Shown here piece after piece: positions 29,101 to 40,000 of a stretch of DNA of 64,000 bases (the first letter of the stretch is position 1; the number at the start of each line of letters is the position of its first letter). Source of the stretch: Lingula anatina (lineage: Eukaryota; Animalia; Brachiopoda); NCBI GenBank assembly GCA_051362555.1, contig CM120644.1, forward strand, positions 2,054,954 to 2,118,953, given 5' to 3'. Under the pieces are notes generated by a model. That model saw only the letters and a list, made by a program, of their open reading frames with translations, searched no databases and was not told the origin of the DNA. The position numbers and the translations under genes were made by a program.

Positions 29101-29360
29101 ATTGCGACTCTCAGGGCGCATCCCGAAGCTCATTTAAAACAGATCCGAGCGACTCTGCGCGGAGTCTGCGGCCTGAAAATGACGTCATAATGCTCGGATC
29201 GATCTCGCCATTGCTCACACGTGACACCAAGGGCACCGAGACAGGATATCACACGGAATTTTCTCGGAAGTGTCGCTCAGACAGCAGTGACTCTATTTCC
29301 AGTGAGAGTGGATCTGAGAAAGAACAACTACTGCACGACGTGCCTAATTTGTCCGTGTGA
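4926..29360 (+). CDS. Class B1 (secretin family) GPCR, parathyroid hormone receptor-like, ~639 aa, 12 coding exons
   Basis: Join 4926-5030,11599-11698,12539-12649,13071-13201,18708-18802,19276-19444,23184-23340,25346-25406,27562-27631,28019-28110,28316-28463,28680-29360 = 1920 nt, all GT-AG with consistent phase. Motifs: CNRTWDGLFCWP, QSCP, SRECLQNGSW, WSNYTQC, RLHSPRNAIHCNL, ANYTWILMEG, TTLVLIPLFGVHY, FCFLNNEVQ. Confidence 0.93.
10434..10507 (+). pseudogene. tRNA-like sequence (anticodon TGT, Thr-like), probably repeat-borne
   Basis: A box TAGCTCAGTAGG, B box GGTTCGATTCC, anticodon arm CTCGC-CCTGTAA-GCGAG; acceptor stem has three G-T pairs and position 33 is C rather than U. Confidence 0.6.
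11599..11698 (+). CDS. GPCR exon 2 (ECD helix, Cys1)
   Basis: NVVLIPRAKQFELLQAKEQECYEKMASEPPPTE; AG/GT flanks. Confidence 0.85.
11801..12241. mobile_element. Harbinger-like MITE with internal tandem duplication
   Basis: Ends TGACTCATTC.../...GGGAATGGGACC with ATA flanks; core CTAACTC.G.GGGGACTCTCGCTGA.TGCAAT occurs twice (~11842, ~12037); related to 45727-45951. Confidence 0.55.
12539..12649 (+). CDS. GPCR exon 3 (hormone-binding domain)
   Basis: GAYCNRTWDGLFCWPNTPVGTTTIQSCPNYINMFDVR. Confidence 0.95.
13071..13201 (+). CDS. GPCR exon 4 (ECD C-terminal half)
   Basis: ENASRECLQNGSWFYHPVYNGTWSNYTQCRADLSPVQELTLFMK. Confidence 0.93.
13132..13289 (+). repeat. 2 x 79-bp tandem duplication spanning the 3' end of exon 4 and its donor
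   Basis: CACTTGGTCCAACTATAC...TTCATGAAGGTAATTAAA at 13132 and 13211. Confidence 0.95.
13342..13555. mobile_element. PIF/Harbinger (Tourist-like) MITE, family A
   Basis: GACCCCATTCCC terminus, TTA/TAA flanks; near reverse complement of 30331-30545 and similar to 59114-59321. Confidence 0.75.
14245..14538. repeat. Compound (GA)n/(CA)n microsatellite
   Basis: Alternating GAGAGA and CACACA blocks. Confidence 0.95.
15727..15929. mobile_element. MITE with CAG(A/G)GGCGGAT termini
   Basis: CAGAGGCGGAT...ATCCGCCCCTG; direct repeat CCCACA on both sides; similar termini at 37405-37622. Confidence 0.75.
18490..18590. repeat. (AAAT)n/(TAA)n microsatellite
   Basis: Direct reading. Confidence 0.95.
18708..18802 (+). 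CDS. GPCR exon 5 (TM1)
   Basis: KHLNNIKLLYSVGYGTSLLALVLALVIMLLFR. Confidence 0.95.
19047..19139. repeat. (ATATT)n microsatellite
   Basis: Direct reading; the same motif recurs at ~52111-52168. Confidence 0.95.
19276..19444 (+). CDS. GPCR exon 6 (TM2-ECL1)
   Basis: RLHSPRNAIHCNLFLSFALRAGLALLKDKVLLGDLGLPQDVTELSNGKYEFIPQGP. Confidence 0.93.
19403..19792 (+). repeat. 7 x 55-56-bp minisatellite made of the 3' end of exon 6 plus its splice donor
   Basis: Unit GAACTACCCAATGGGAAATATGAGTT(CAT/AAA)TCCACAGGGACCGGTGAGTACACCATT starting at 19403,19459,19514,19570,19625,19681,19737. Confidence 0.97.
21241..21304. repeat. (AT)n microsatellite
   Basis: Direct reading. Confidence 0.95.
22762..23045. mobile_element. 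Non-autonomous TIR element with internal GCAGTA motifs
   Basis: CCCGCAAGAAAA...TTTTCGTGCGGG with TAA on both flanks; many GCAGTA(G) subrepeats. Confidence 0.65.
23184..23340 (+). CDS. GPCR exon 7 (TM3-ICL2)
   Basis: HWECKLLFTIFHYVIGANYTWILMEGVYLHMIIFVSVCSEKEVIKWYMLCGW. Confidence 0.95.
25346..25406 (+). CDS. GPCR exon 8 (TM4)
   Basis: TCPLVFIIPWIVLKATFDDIY. Confidence 0.9.
27562..27631 (+). CDS. GPCR exon 9 (ECL2-TM5)
   Basis: CWNTQTNKHFAWLLRGPNIVMCL. Confidence 0.9.
28019..28110 (+). CDS. GPCR exon 10 (TM5-ICL3)
   Basis: INFAIFVNIVRVLCAKLKAGTSQQAKRNRYK. Confidence 0.93.
28316..28463 (+). CDS. GPCR exon 11 (TM6-ECL3-TM7)
   Basis: KLARTTLVLIPLFGVHYVLFVSFNFIDKHLDQRVEVAYLYLEMFFTSFL. Confidence 0.95.
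28680..29360 (+). CDS. GPCR exon 12 (TM7, helix 8, long Ser-rich C-tail)
   Basis: GFVVALLFCFLNNEVQNELRRAW...DVPNLSV-stop. Confidence 0.95.
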   Translation, partial: GFVVALLFCFLNNEVQNELRRAWERLKAWGIERRSTRHIPSGMSIVVVSKHKPASWKHHPHPGDIIPKKEAHFHPDIVNKEADFNSDFGSNDLISGENTQQMINSKYRPTRKGSPHGRKRCVINASYRTSTSSSHSYKSRNCDSQGASRSSFKTDPSDSARSLRPENDVIMLGSISPLLTRDTKGTETGYHTEFSRKCRSDSSDSISSESGSEKEQLLHDVPNLSV

Positions 29361-30330
29361 TCGCAAACAAAGGTGCCTTTAGTAATACCTTAATTTATTA
29401 CAATAGTATAAGTACGAGTGTAGTTTTACTTTGTACCGCCAGAACGGATTATGACATGCATCGGGTTATTTGGATGAGATAAACAAGCTGGAGTCAATGC
29501 GTGTCATTCTCAGTGACTAGGCTAGCGGGTGGCTGGCAGAGCACGTGCTCTGGGTGCCCGTAAAGAGGGCGCCACTGGGTTGTTTTAACGGAGTGAGATA
29601 TGTTAAAACAGGGACGTATTTTTTTGCATATCCAGAACTTGTTACCCTGGTATAGGCACTGTTTACTGATACACCTTAGCCCCTCTGGCTTTCAAATATT
29701 TTACTTTGGTGCGAACATTTATCGGACCAATATTTTTGTTCAAGGGCAAGTTAAACGCGAAATGCGATCTTGCATGTTGACACATACATTTCTTTTCTGT
29801 TGTTTATATTGTACTGGAAGAGAAAACACAATCAATATTTTTATGTCATCGAAATAATATGTTCCAACACTGTATAATGATATGTTTTCGATTTGTCTCT
29901 TTTTCTGCATATGGTGCCACTTTTCCTTATGATAATTAACTGTTACGTTTTTCATTTTAAAGAAGCTCCAAGTAACGTTTAGCAAAGAAAAAAAAAGCTG
30001 ATTCAAAAAGGCAAATTCAATCTCTGTAAATTTTGGATCCTCACTAAATTTAAGTTTTTTTCTTTCGAGATTATATTCGACGTAATGATTTCTTGGTGCT
30101 CGACTAACTGCAAAATTTATCGTCCCTAAAATGGCCAGAAATAAATCAGAAACAAAATAACTGCTAATATACAGGTAACAACCTGACCCAATGGCCAAGT
30201 TGTCTTCAGACAGTATATCTATAGAGCCCGCTGCGGAAATCACAAGGTTTCTAAGACTGGTCCACATGCAGAGGTCTCCCATGTACGCGTACAAACGCAC
30301 GCTTTTTAACAATGGGACTACCAAATCTAA

Positions 30331-30545
30331 GACCCCATTCCCACTGATTTTAGATCGATCTATCCCTGTGGGGAGTCTCACTAGATTACTACCAGCTAAG
30401 CCGGCTTAAATGTCTGTCCCGGCTAGTAAAAGCTATAAGGGGGTAATTAACTTCGGTGCGCGCTCGGCTGATAGCAATTTAGCGTGAACCCCCAGGAAGT
30501 TAAGTCGATCCAGATGGATCGATCTTAATATTTGGGAATGCAGTC
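30331..30545. mobile_element. PIF/Harbinger MITE, family A
   Basis: TAA-GACCCCATTCCCA...TGGGAATGCAGTC-TAA. Confidence 0.8.
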
Positions 30546-30921
30546 TAAGGTAAATTATCTGTCCCCAGTGTAAGCCGCGCATCGTTGATACTTTGATGTC
30601 AGTTCATAACACTCTTAGGGGAAACCACGAGGATGTTTTCCAATGCTGCATTGATTTTAATGAAATCTCTAATCTTAGTGATCAACCGTCTCAGTTATCA
30701 CAATTACCTCCTTTTCATTGCTGCTGTGCATGGCGCAGTAACTAATCGATAAGCACAAAGGATAGTGATTGTTTAATTAGGCTTAATTCTTAAACACAAT
30801 CAAATTCTCACGGGGGTCGGTGCTAAACCGACATTATAACTCAGATTAACAAGGAGGTCCATTGCAACAAACCTGAGTGTCTGTGTAACAGAAAGTCCGC
30901 CCTGGATAATGGTAAGGGTAA

Positions 30922-31154
30922 GAGGCCATTCCCAGAGACTATTGTACTAACTTTGGATCGTAAACAGGGGGTTCTCACTAAACTGGTATCAAGTTCAGCG
31001 GCTTAGCTGTCTCGCACACCCACTGAAGCTGTTAGAGGACTTCAGTAGACGTGCCAGATCGCATATAGGCCGTTTAAGTTAAAAGCAATTTAGCGAGAAA
31101 CCCCTTGGAGATGGATCGATCCAGTTAGATCGATCTAGGGATGGGAACCCAGTC
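30922..31154. mobile_element. PIF/Harbinger MITE, family A variant
   Basis: TAA-GAGGCCATTCCCAGA...TGGGAACCCAGTC-TTA; colinear with 58676-58923. Confidence 0.7.
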
Positions 31155-32950
31155 TTAGTCTGACCTAAGTGAGTCAATATCTAGGGCCTGGCACACCTGT
31201 ACAAATGAATGGGAAGCGGACTCTCTGTCATGAGGACTCTCTGTCATGGGGGGCTCTCTGTCACGTTACACCGGCAGGTACAGGTCTGTCCCAGCCACCG
31301 CTTTGATAGCATAACTGGATTATATATTTTTCTTGGAAGTATGAACACCAGATGACAGTTCATACACGTGTAGCGAGCCCGTGTCAATACCCGATGACAT
31401 AACAGCGAAACCATCCTTTGTTTACTATTTGCTTTCGTACGTGCAACACTTCCCGGTGTACAGAATGCTAGATAAAATGGAGGATTACATTTCACAGCGT
31501 TGACAGCCGTAATCTGTAGTACCTACACACACTAGTATTAAATCCATAGATGTATTAACACGATATTTATCGTTGACCTGTGTTACTGAGCTATCTGTGA
31601 AATAAGAATTATATTGATGTAAAATTAGCCACATGTTATATGTACACTGAACCACGTGCCGTTTCGCCCCATAGGACGCTGTTATAAAAACACAAAAATT
31701 ACTATAAAATTTTATCTTCGCTTTAATGGTTTGATTGAAACAACGATAAGGAGCCCTATCATGGCACGTATATTATGATCTACTGGTATGATTTTTAGTT
31801 TAACACTTCTCGGAGTTGTCAACCACAATACATATATATCCAGTATACATGTATATTAATCGCAACATTTAACCATAACCCGCATGCGATGAGTCCAATT
31901 GCTGTACATGTATTTAGGGTGATCAATTATAAACGCGGTTGTGGTAATTCTGTGTCATCGTTCATATAATAAAATGCATCTGTTCAGGGTTCGATATTAA
32001 ATCACGTCAACAACCCAAGCGAGTCGTTACGTTTTCACTCTCGTGTGACAGAGACAAACGTGGACAGACACAGACACATAGACAAACACAGAGGCACAAA
32101 CTCAAACATTCATCCATAAACACAGAAACACACGCCCCTCTGATAAGACCACGCGCACGTTTCCCCGCACCAACTACTCGACGTGGGTGTAGCTGGTATA
32201 TTACACTGGGACCCTGTGTTTGTTCAATAAGAACTCGACTTAAAAGATTGAAAGCGTCATAAACTTTATCAGACGCAACGAAAGAACAGGTGAGACATTG
32301 CCAGGACATAGTTTATCATCATAATGTAAGTGCGCAAGTTTGTTTGTAAGAATTTGATTTTTTTTTTTTTTGCTTTCTTTTTGCTTTTTTTTTTTGCTAT
32401 TTTTCCTAAGTTTCTAAATTTTATTTGGCATTAAATACTAAGCATACGATCATGCGACAGTTTCTCAACCAAAATTTAAAGGCAACAACAACAACAACAT
32501 GGTAGCTTACTTGTGAAATCTTCCAAGGACGTAACAGCACGATTTTTATGTAGTAATGATCTTAATTAAAAAAAGACAGACATTAAAATTTTCTATGATT
32601 TAAACACTTTAAAGCTTATGTTGAATTTTGCACCTGGGGTTTAATATGCAATAAATGATTTGCCACTAATTGTCTTCTACGCAAATGGAATTGCCTTCTT
32701 AATTGGAGTAAATGCGCCAATTACCAATAAAAGTAATTAAAATAGGATTAATAAATTAATGACAAAGAACAAAATAAAATAAAAAAGGCTACGCTTAAGT
32801 CTTCCACATCACCCCCCCCCCAAAAAAAAAAAAAAAAAAAAAAAAATTCTAATACTTCTGTATCAGTAGGTACATGGGTAGAAAGTACATGTTCATGATA
32901 ACAATGTGACAAGGCTACGGCTTTCTTTCCAGAAAAATATAATTGTCAAC

Positions 32951-35900
32951 ATGTGTAAAAAAATTGAATGGAGCATCCGTGTGTTCTGTTTGATTGTATA
33001 CCTATCGCTACCGCTTGTCTCAGAAACATCGTCGACAAATGATTCAACCAAAATATCTACAACTGTCTCTGCCACCCATTCTAATACATCATCGACTGAG
33101 GATTTAACCAAAATATCTACAACTGCCTCTGCCACCCATTCGAATACATCATCGACTGAGGATTCAACCAAAATATCAACAACTGCCTCTGCCAACCCTT
33201 CTGATACATTACCGACTGAAGATTCAACCAAAATACCTACAACTGCCTCTGCCACCCCTTCTAATACATCATCGACTGAGGATTCAACCAAAATATCTAC
33301 AACTGCCTCTGCCACCCTTTCTAATACATCAGCGACTGAAGATTCAACCAAAATATCAACAACTGCCTCTGCCACCCCTTTTGATACAGCATCGACTGAG
33401 GATTCAACCAAAATATCTACAACTGCCTCTGCCACCCCTTTTGATACAACATCGACTGAGGAATCAACCAAACTATCTACAACTGCCTCTGCCACCCCTT
33501 TTGATACATTACCGACTGCAGATTCAACCAAAATATCTACAACTGCCTCTGCCAGCGCTTCTAATACATCAGCGACTGAGGATTCAACCAAAATATCTAC
33601 AACTGCCTCTGCCACCCCTTCTGATACAACATCCACTGAGGATTCAACCAAAATATCTACAACTGCCTCTGCCACCCCTTTTGATACAACATCGACTGAG
33701 GAATCAACCAAACTATCTAAAACTGCCTCTGCCACCCCTTTTGATACATTACCGACTGAAGATTCAACCAAAATATCTACAACTGCCTCTGCCAATGCTT
33801 CTAATACATCAGCGACTGAGGATTCAACCAAAATATCTACAACTGCCTCTGCCACCCCTTTTTATACATCATACACTGAGGATTCAACCAAAATATCTAC
33901 AACTGCCTCTGCCACCCCTTTTGATACAACATCGACTGAGGAATCAACCAAACTATCTACAACTGCCTCTGCCACCCCTTTTGATACATTACCGACTGAA
34001 GATTCAACCAAAATATCTACAACTGCCTCTGCCAGTGCTTCTAATACATCAGCGACTGAGGATTCAACCAAAATATTTACAACTGCCTCTGCCATCCCTT
34101 TTTATACATCATCCACTGAGGATTCAACCAAAATATCTACAACTGCCTCTGCCACCCCTTTTTATACATCATCCACTGAGGATTCAACCAAAATATCTAC
34201 AACTGCCTCTGCCACCCCTTCTGATACATTACCGACTGAGGATTCAACCAAAATATCTACAACTGCCTCTGCCACCCCTTCCAATACATCAGCGACTGAG
34301 GATTCAACCAAAATATCTACAACTGCCTCTGCCACCCTTTCTAATGCATCATCGACTGAGGATTCAACCAAAATATCTACAACTGCCTCTGCCACACCTT
34401 TTTATACATCATCGACTGAGGATTCAACCAAAATATCTACAACTGCCTCTGCCACCCCTTCTGATACAACATCTACTGAGGATTCAACCAAAATATCTAC
34501 AACTGCCTCTGCCACCCTTTCCACGACATCATCGACTGAGGATTCAACCAAAATATCTACAACAGCCTCTGCCACCCCTTCTGATACATTACCGAATGAA
34601 GATTCAACCAAAATATCTACAACTGCCATTGCCACCCCTTCTAATACATCAGCGACTGGGGATTCAACCAAAATATCTACAACTGCCTTTGCCACCCCCT
34701 TTTATACATCATCGACTGAGGATTCAACCAAAATATCTACAACTGCCTCTGCCTCCCCTTTTTATACATCATGCACTGAGGATTCAACCAAAATATCTAC
34801 AACTGCCTCTGCCACTCCTTCCAATACATCAGCGACTGAGGATTCAACCAAAATATCTACAACTGCCTCTGCCACCCCTTCTGATACAACATCCACTGAG
34901 GATTCAACCAAAATATCTACAACTGCCTCTGCCACCCCTTTTGATACAACATCGACTGAGGAATCAACCAAACTATCTACAACTGCCTCTGCCACCCCTT
35001 TTGATACATTACCGACTGAAGATTCAACCAAAATATCTACAACTGCCTCTGCCACCCCTTTTTATACATCATCCACTGAGGATTCAACCAAAATATCTAC
35101 AACTGCCTCTGCCACCCCTTTTTATACATCATCCACTGAGGATTCAACCAAAATATCTACAACTGCCTCTGCCACCCCTTCTGATACATTACCGACTAAG
35201 GATTCAACCAAAATATCTACAACTGCCTCTGCCACCCCTTCCAATACATCAGCGACTGAGGATTCAACCAAAATATCTACAACTGCCTCTGCCACAATTT
35301 CTAGTACATCATCGACTGAAGATTCAACCAAAATATCTACAACTGCCTCTGCCACCCTTTCTACAACATCATCGACTGAGGATTCAACCAAAATAACTAC
35401 AACTGCCTTTGCCACTCCTTCCAATTCATCAGCGACTGAGGATTCAACCAAAATATCTACAACTGCCTCTGCCACCCCTTCTGATACAACATCCACTGAT
35501 GATTCAACCAAAATATCTACAACTGCCTCTGCCACCCCTTCTGATACAACATCCACTGAGGATTCAACCAAATTATCTACAACTGCCACTGCCACCCCTT
35601 CTGATACATTACCGACTGAGGATTCAACCAAAATATCTACAACTGCCATTGCCACCCCTTCTAATACATCAGCGACTGAAGATTCAACCAAAATATCTAC
35701 AACTGCCTCTGCCACCCCTTCTGATACATTACCGACTAAGGATTCAACCAAAATATCTACAACTGCCTCTGCCACCCCTTCCAATACATCAGCGACTGAG
35801 GATTCAACCAAAATATCTACAACTGCCTCTGCCACCCTTTCTAATACATCATCGACTGAGGATTCAACCAAAATATCTACAACTGCCTCTGCCACAATTT

Positions 35901-36764
35901 CTAGTACATCATCGACTGAGGATTCAACCAAAATATCTACAACTGCCTCTGCCACCCTTTCTACAACATCATCGACTGAGGATTCAACCAAAATAACTAC
36001 AACTGCCTCTGCCACCCCTTCCAAGACATCAGCGACTGAGGATTCAACCAAAATATCTACAACTGCCTCTGCCACCCCTTCTGATACAACATCCACTGAT
36101 GATTCAACCAAAATATCTACAGCTGCCTCTGCCACCCCTTCTGATACAACATCCACTGAGGATTCAACCAAAATATCTACAACTGCCATTGCCACCCCTT
36201 CCAATACATCAGCGACTGAGGATTCAACCAAAATATCTACAACTGCCTCTGCCACCCTTTCTAATACATCATCGACTGAGGATTCAACCAAAATATCTAC
36301 AACTGCCTCTGCCACAATTTCTAGTACATCATCGACTGAGGATTCAACCAAAATATCTACAACTGCCTCTGCCACCCCTTCTGATACAACATCCACTGAG
36401 GATTCAACCAAAATATCTACAACTGCCATTGCCACCCCTTCTAATACATCAGCGACTGAGGATTCAACCAAAATATCTACAACTGCCTCTGCCACCCCTT
36501 CTGATACAACATCCACTGAGGATTCAACCAAAATATCTACAACTGCCTCTGCCACCCTTTCTAATGCATCATCCACTGAGGATTCAACCAAAATATCACC
36601 AACTGCCTTTGCCACCCCTTCTGATACAACATCGACTGAGGATTCAACCAAAATATCTACAACTGCCTCTGCCACCCTTTCTACTACATCATTGACTGAG
36701 GATTCAACTGAAGTAGCAACAACAGAGTTGTCGACATCCAAATATCCACAGTCTATAACAATCG
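32951..36764 (+). CDS. Mucin 1 exon: signal peptide plus Ser/Thr tandem-repeat domain
   Basis: MCKKIEWSIRVFCLIVYLSLPLVS; acceptor TTTCCAG ending at 32932, donor G|GTATGT at 36765. Confidence 0.92.
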
Positions 36765-36958
36765 GTATGTTTTGAATGGTTTTTTATCTGCAGCATGTAC
36801 AGGTTTAATATTTTCTATTTGTAGTGCAAATTGACATAATTTTAGTGATAATTGTCAGATGACTATTTTCCAAAGCCGAGTTTAATTTTGTTTTACACTC
36901 AGAAAATGAAAGTTAAATCTATACGGTCCCAGTTAGGTTGAAAATAATGGACTGTTTT

Positions 36959-37003
<45 letters not shown>

Positions 37004-40000
37004 GCGCATCAGAGACATTTAAAACGCATGAAAACATCCACTCTCTCCAATATTGAAAACACGTTTACAAACTAGCTTTCTTATTGCAGACGAGCAATTC
37101 CTTGAAAGCCTTGAGAAGCGAATTCCGCTTTCATTCAAGTTTGATACCTCAAAGTTTTCTGAAGAAAAAAATAAATTTGAAGAAAGCAAGGAAAACATAG
37201 AATCGAAGGTAGCGTAGAACATTGTTTTCATCTTAATGTTTCGAAAACATTTATACAAGTAATTGTTGCTAAATCTAAATATAGAGATAGGAGTTTATTT
37301 TTTGTTTTAGAAAATATTTTAGTATAGAAAATCTAAACAACCAGAGTCCTCAATATCTGGAATATGGATGCTTCCATGACCGGACTACAGTAATCTGTAA
37401 CGGGCAGGGGCGGAACAAGGATTTTTTAAGGGGGGTCCGCGATTGCGAAGGGTCTGGGGCCCAATGAAGGGCCAGAAAATTTAGAGGGCGAACGGTGTCA
37501 TTTGGTACGGTTTAAAACTATGATTCAACTGCTTAAAATTCTAATTTCAAGAGGGAAACAGAAATCGAAGGGGGTGGAGGGGGGGTCAGGACCCCCTCGA
37601 CCCCCCTTTTAATCCGCCACTGACGGGTATGCACAGAAATGCCAATGTCTTGTTAAGTTTTTTTACGAATCTGCTGTCGGTGACACCCCAGCTGGAGATT
37701 CTTGTATGAAAACTTATAGACTATTTTTTAAAAATAATTTTGTGAAAATTATGGGTGCTGATACGATTTACTCTCATGAACGGATGCAAACAACGTTACT
37801 TAACTTATTTTCACGCTTAAATTTCAAAGTTGTGCACATAAAGTGATGCATAGAATATAATTTTGCTCTTTATACAAATTTTTTTTTTTTACAAGTTTGG
37901 AAGGAATCCTTTGACACTTACGTAAAAACTGGTAATGTTTTATTGCATAAAACGCCCTTTTAAAGGGTCTTACGACAGGTAGCCTTAAAATATAAGGGCC
38001 GAAAAGAGAAATATATAAAAATGTATAAAATATATAAAATGTGTATATGAACATATATAATGCTGAATATTTATTACCTATATGTTTACATAGTGGGATG
38101 TCACACATTTGCATTGGCGTTTGATCTAACTTCTTTGTACTTGATATACTCTTTTTTCACGTGGGTTTCTTTCAACTTATACATGTACATGTTAATTCAG
38201 CCATTGATTGTGACTCCCGCCCCTCTGTGGCGTCGCTTAATAAATGTCCATTTGTGCCAACTATAATTAACAAAGCACTTGACTGAAGTTTATGTGATCT
38301 TGAGATGCCGTATACACCATGACGGGAATGGAATTGTTTGTTTTTCAGTTGTTCGTTATGTTCAGTGCTAGTCTCGGCGGTCTACAAAGAGTTGACATAA
38401 CAGCTATCAGGTATGCTCTATTAATACAGTGCAGGTATCAGTTATCTTTAATTTAATTTTACTTTAATAAGACCACAGAAACTCTTTTCATGTGGCTTAC
38501 ATGTTAAATGAATCGAGTGAAATCAGATATAAGATCGGCACTGCTGAAAGGGATGTATGACTTAGTAACTTTATATTGGGTGCTGTGTTATTTGGCTGGA
38601 AATGATTTTGGATAAAAATATCGTTTGTGTCTAGCCAGGCACACAAACTATTAGCTAAAAGTGCTAGTGATTTTAAATACGTGCATTACGGCCATACAGG
38701 TATTGTCTAGCGTATAATTTAACATTTATTTTCCAGGGAAGGAAGTATCATCATTGACTTCAACCTCATTTTCGACCTAAAGACTTTCCTGAATAATTCT
38801 GGGTATTCTAACGAGGCACTTGACGAAATCAGAAACGTTCTTAGCGGAAGTAAAACACTTCAGGTGAATAGAACAAACTATACCTCCGACCAAACGTACG
38901 CTCTTGGTGAATTGGAAAAGATAGGTAAGTCAGTGTAAATATGTGTAAATTATGTTGGCCCGTGAACTGGTAGTTTATTAGCCACATCCGTTTATCCCCA
39001 TCGTAAAATGAAAATCTATGCCAGTTAGTGTACCGTTAATTTTCTTACTTCGGTTGCCGGTTCCCTTATCTTTGTACTTTTCCATACTAAGGTTACTTTA
39101 CAAGGTACATGTATATTGCTTCGAATAGCATTTATATCTAATGACATAAAACGCTTGATAACGGTCATGTTCTTTAATATACGTTTTCAAGCAATCAGAT
39201 TTTTTAAAGTCGCCATATCCCTATACCATCATATTATTCCAGAGGGAAATATACAAAACCCGTGCATGCTGTACGATGATGTAGACGTATGCGCCGAGAA
39301 GACCAAATCACGTACATACACGTGTGAGATAAGATGGAATAAACTCGGAGTGGAGTGTGTCTCCAAGTGTAAAGAGTGGTGCAATGACCACGGGACCTGT
39401 TATGTTAACCCTCCTTCATTTACCCCGACGTGCACGTAAGTCCAATATAGTCATTCCGTTTGATTTTGTCAATTGATATAAAGATGACATTTAGTACACA
39501 CCCTATACACTGCACTACACACAATGGACAATAGAGGTGTCACCCCCAGAATCAGAGTAATCTAATAATAATCAAGTAATCAATAATCAAAGTAGGCAGA
39601 TCTTGAGTAGTTATAATGCCTGATCTTCATTCTGTGTTTTTAGTTTTTTATTTTTTTTTCTTTAATTAATTTTTTTTTTGAAATTTGATGTTAATAAAAT
39701 GATACCAGGAGCATATCATTCCACAGTCATTTATCTCCCCAAAGTATTGGTTTAGTAGGGGTGACACTTCTATTGTCCATTGTGTGTAATAAAGATAGAA
39801 GTGTAGATTTGGCACTGTACGACAATGGATCAACGTGCGATTTAGTTTTTAGTACTTTACATAAACAACGTTTTTTTCATTTATGCAGCTATACAGTTTG
39901 TCGAATCTCAGCACTTTGAGCACTTTCACATCAACAGTATATATAAACAATGATGCTTGGCTGAAATTGAATCATAATTAACCTAAATAAAACCGATATT

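Noticed and set aside
29740-30409. 213-aa minus-strand ORF and overlapping plus-strand ORF
   Set aside because: Begins inside a MITE and has no homology cues; likely chance ORF in or near the GPCR 3' UTR
33041-36710. CRISPR-like look (constant part plus variable part)
   Set aside because: The variable parts are point variants of one another, in frame in a eukaryotic exon; no unique spacers or cas genes
32893-36741. Long antisense (VAEAVVDILVESS) and alternative-frame (IQPKYLQLPLPP) ORFs
   Set aside because: By-products of the stop-poor 60-bp repeat; they break wherever a unit variant adds a stop and lack signal or splice context
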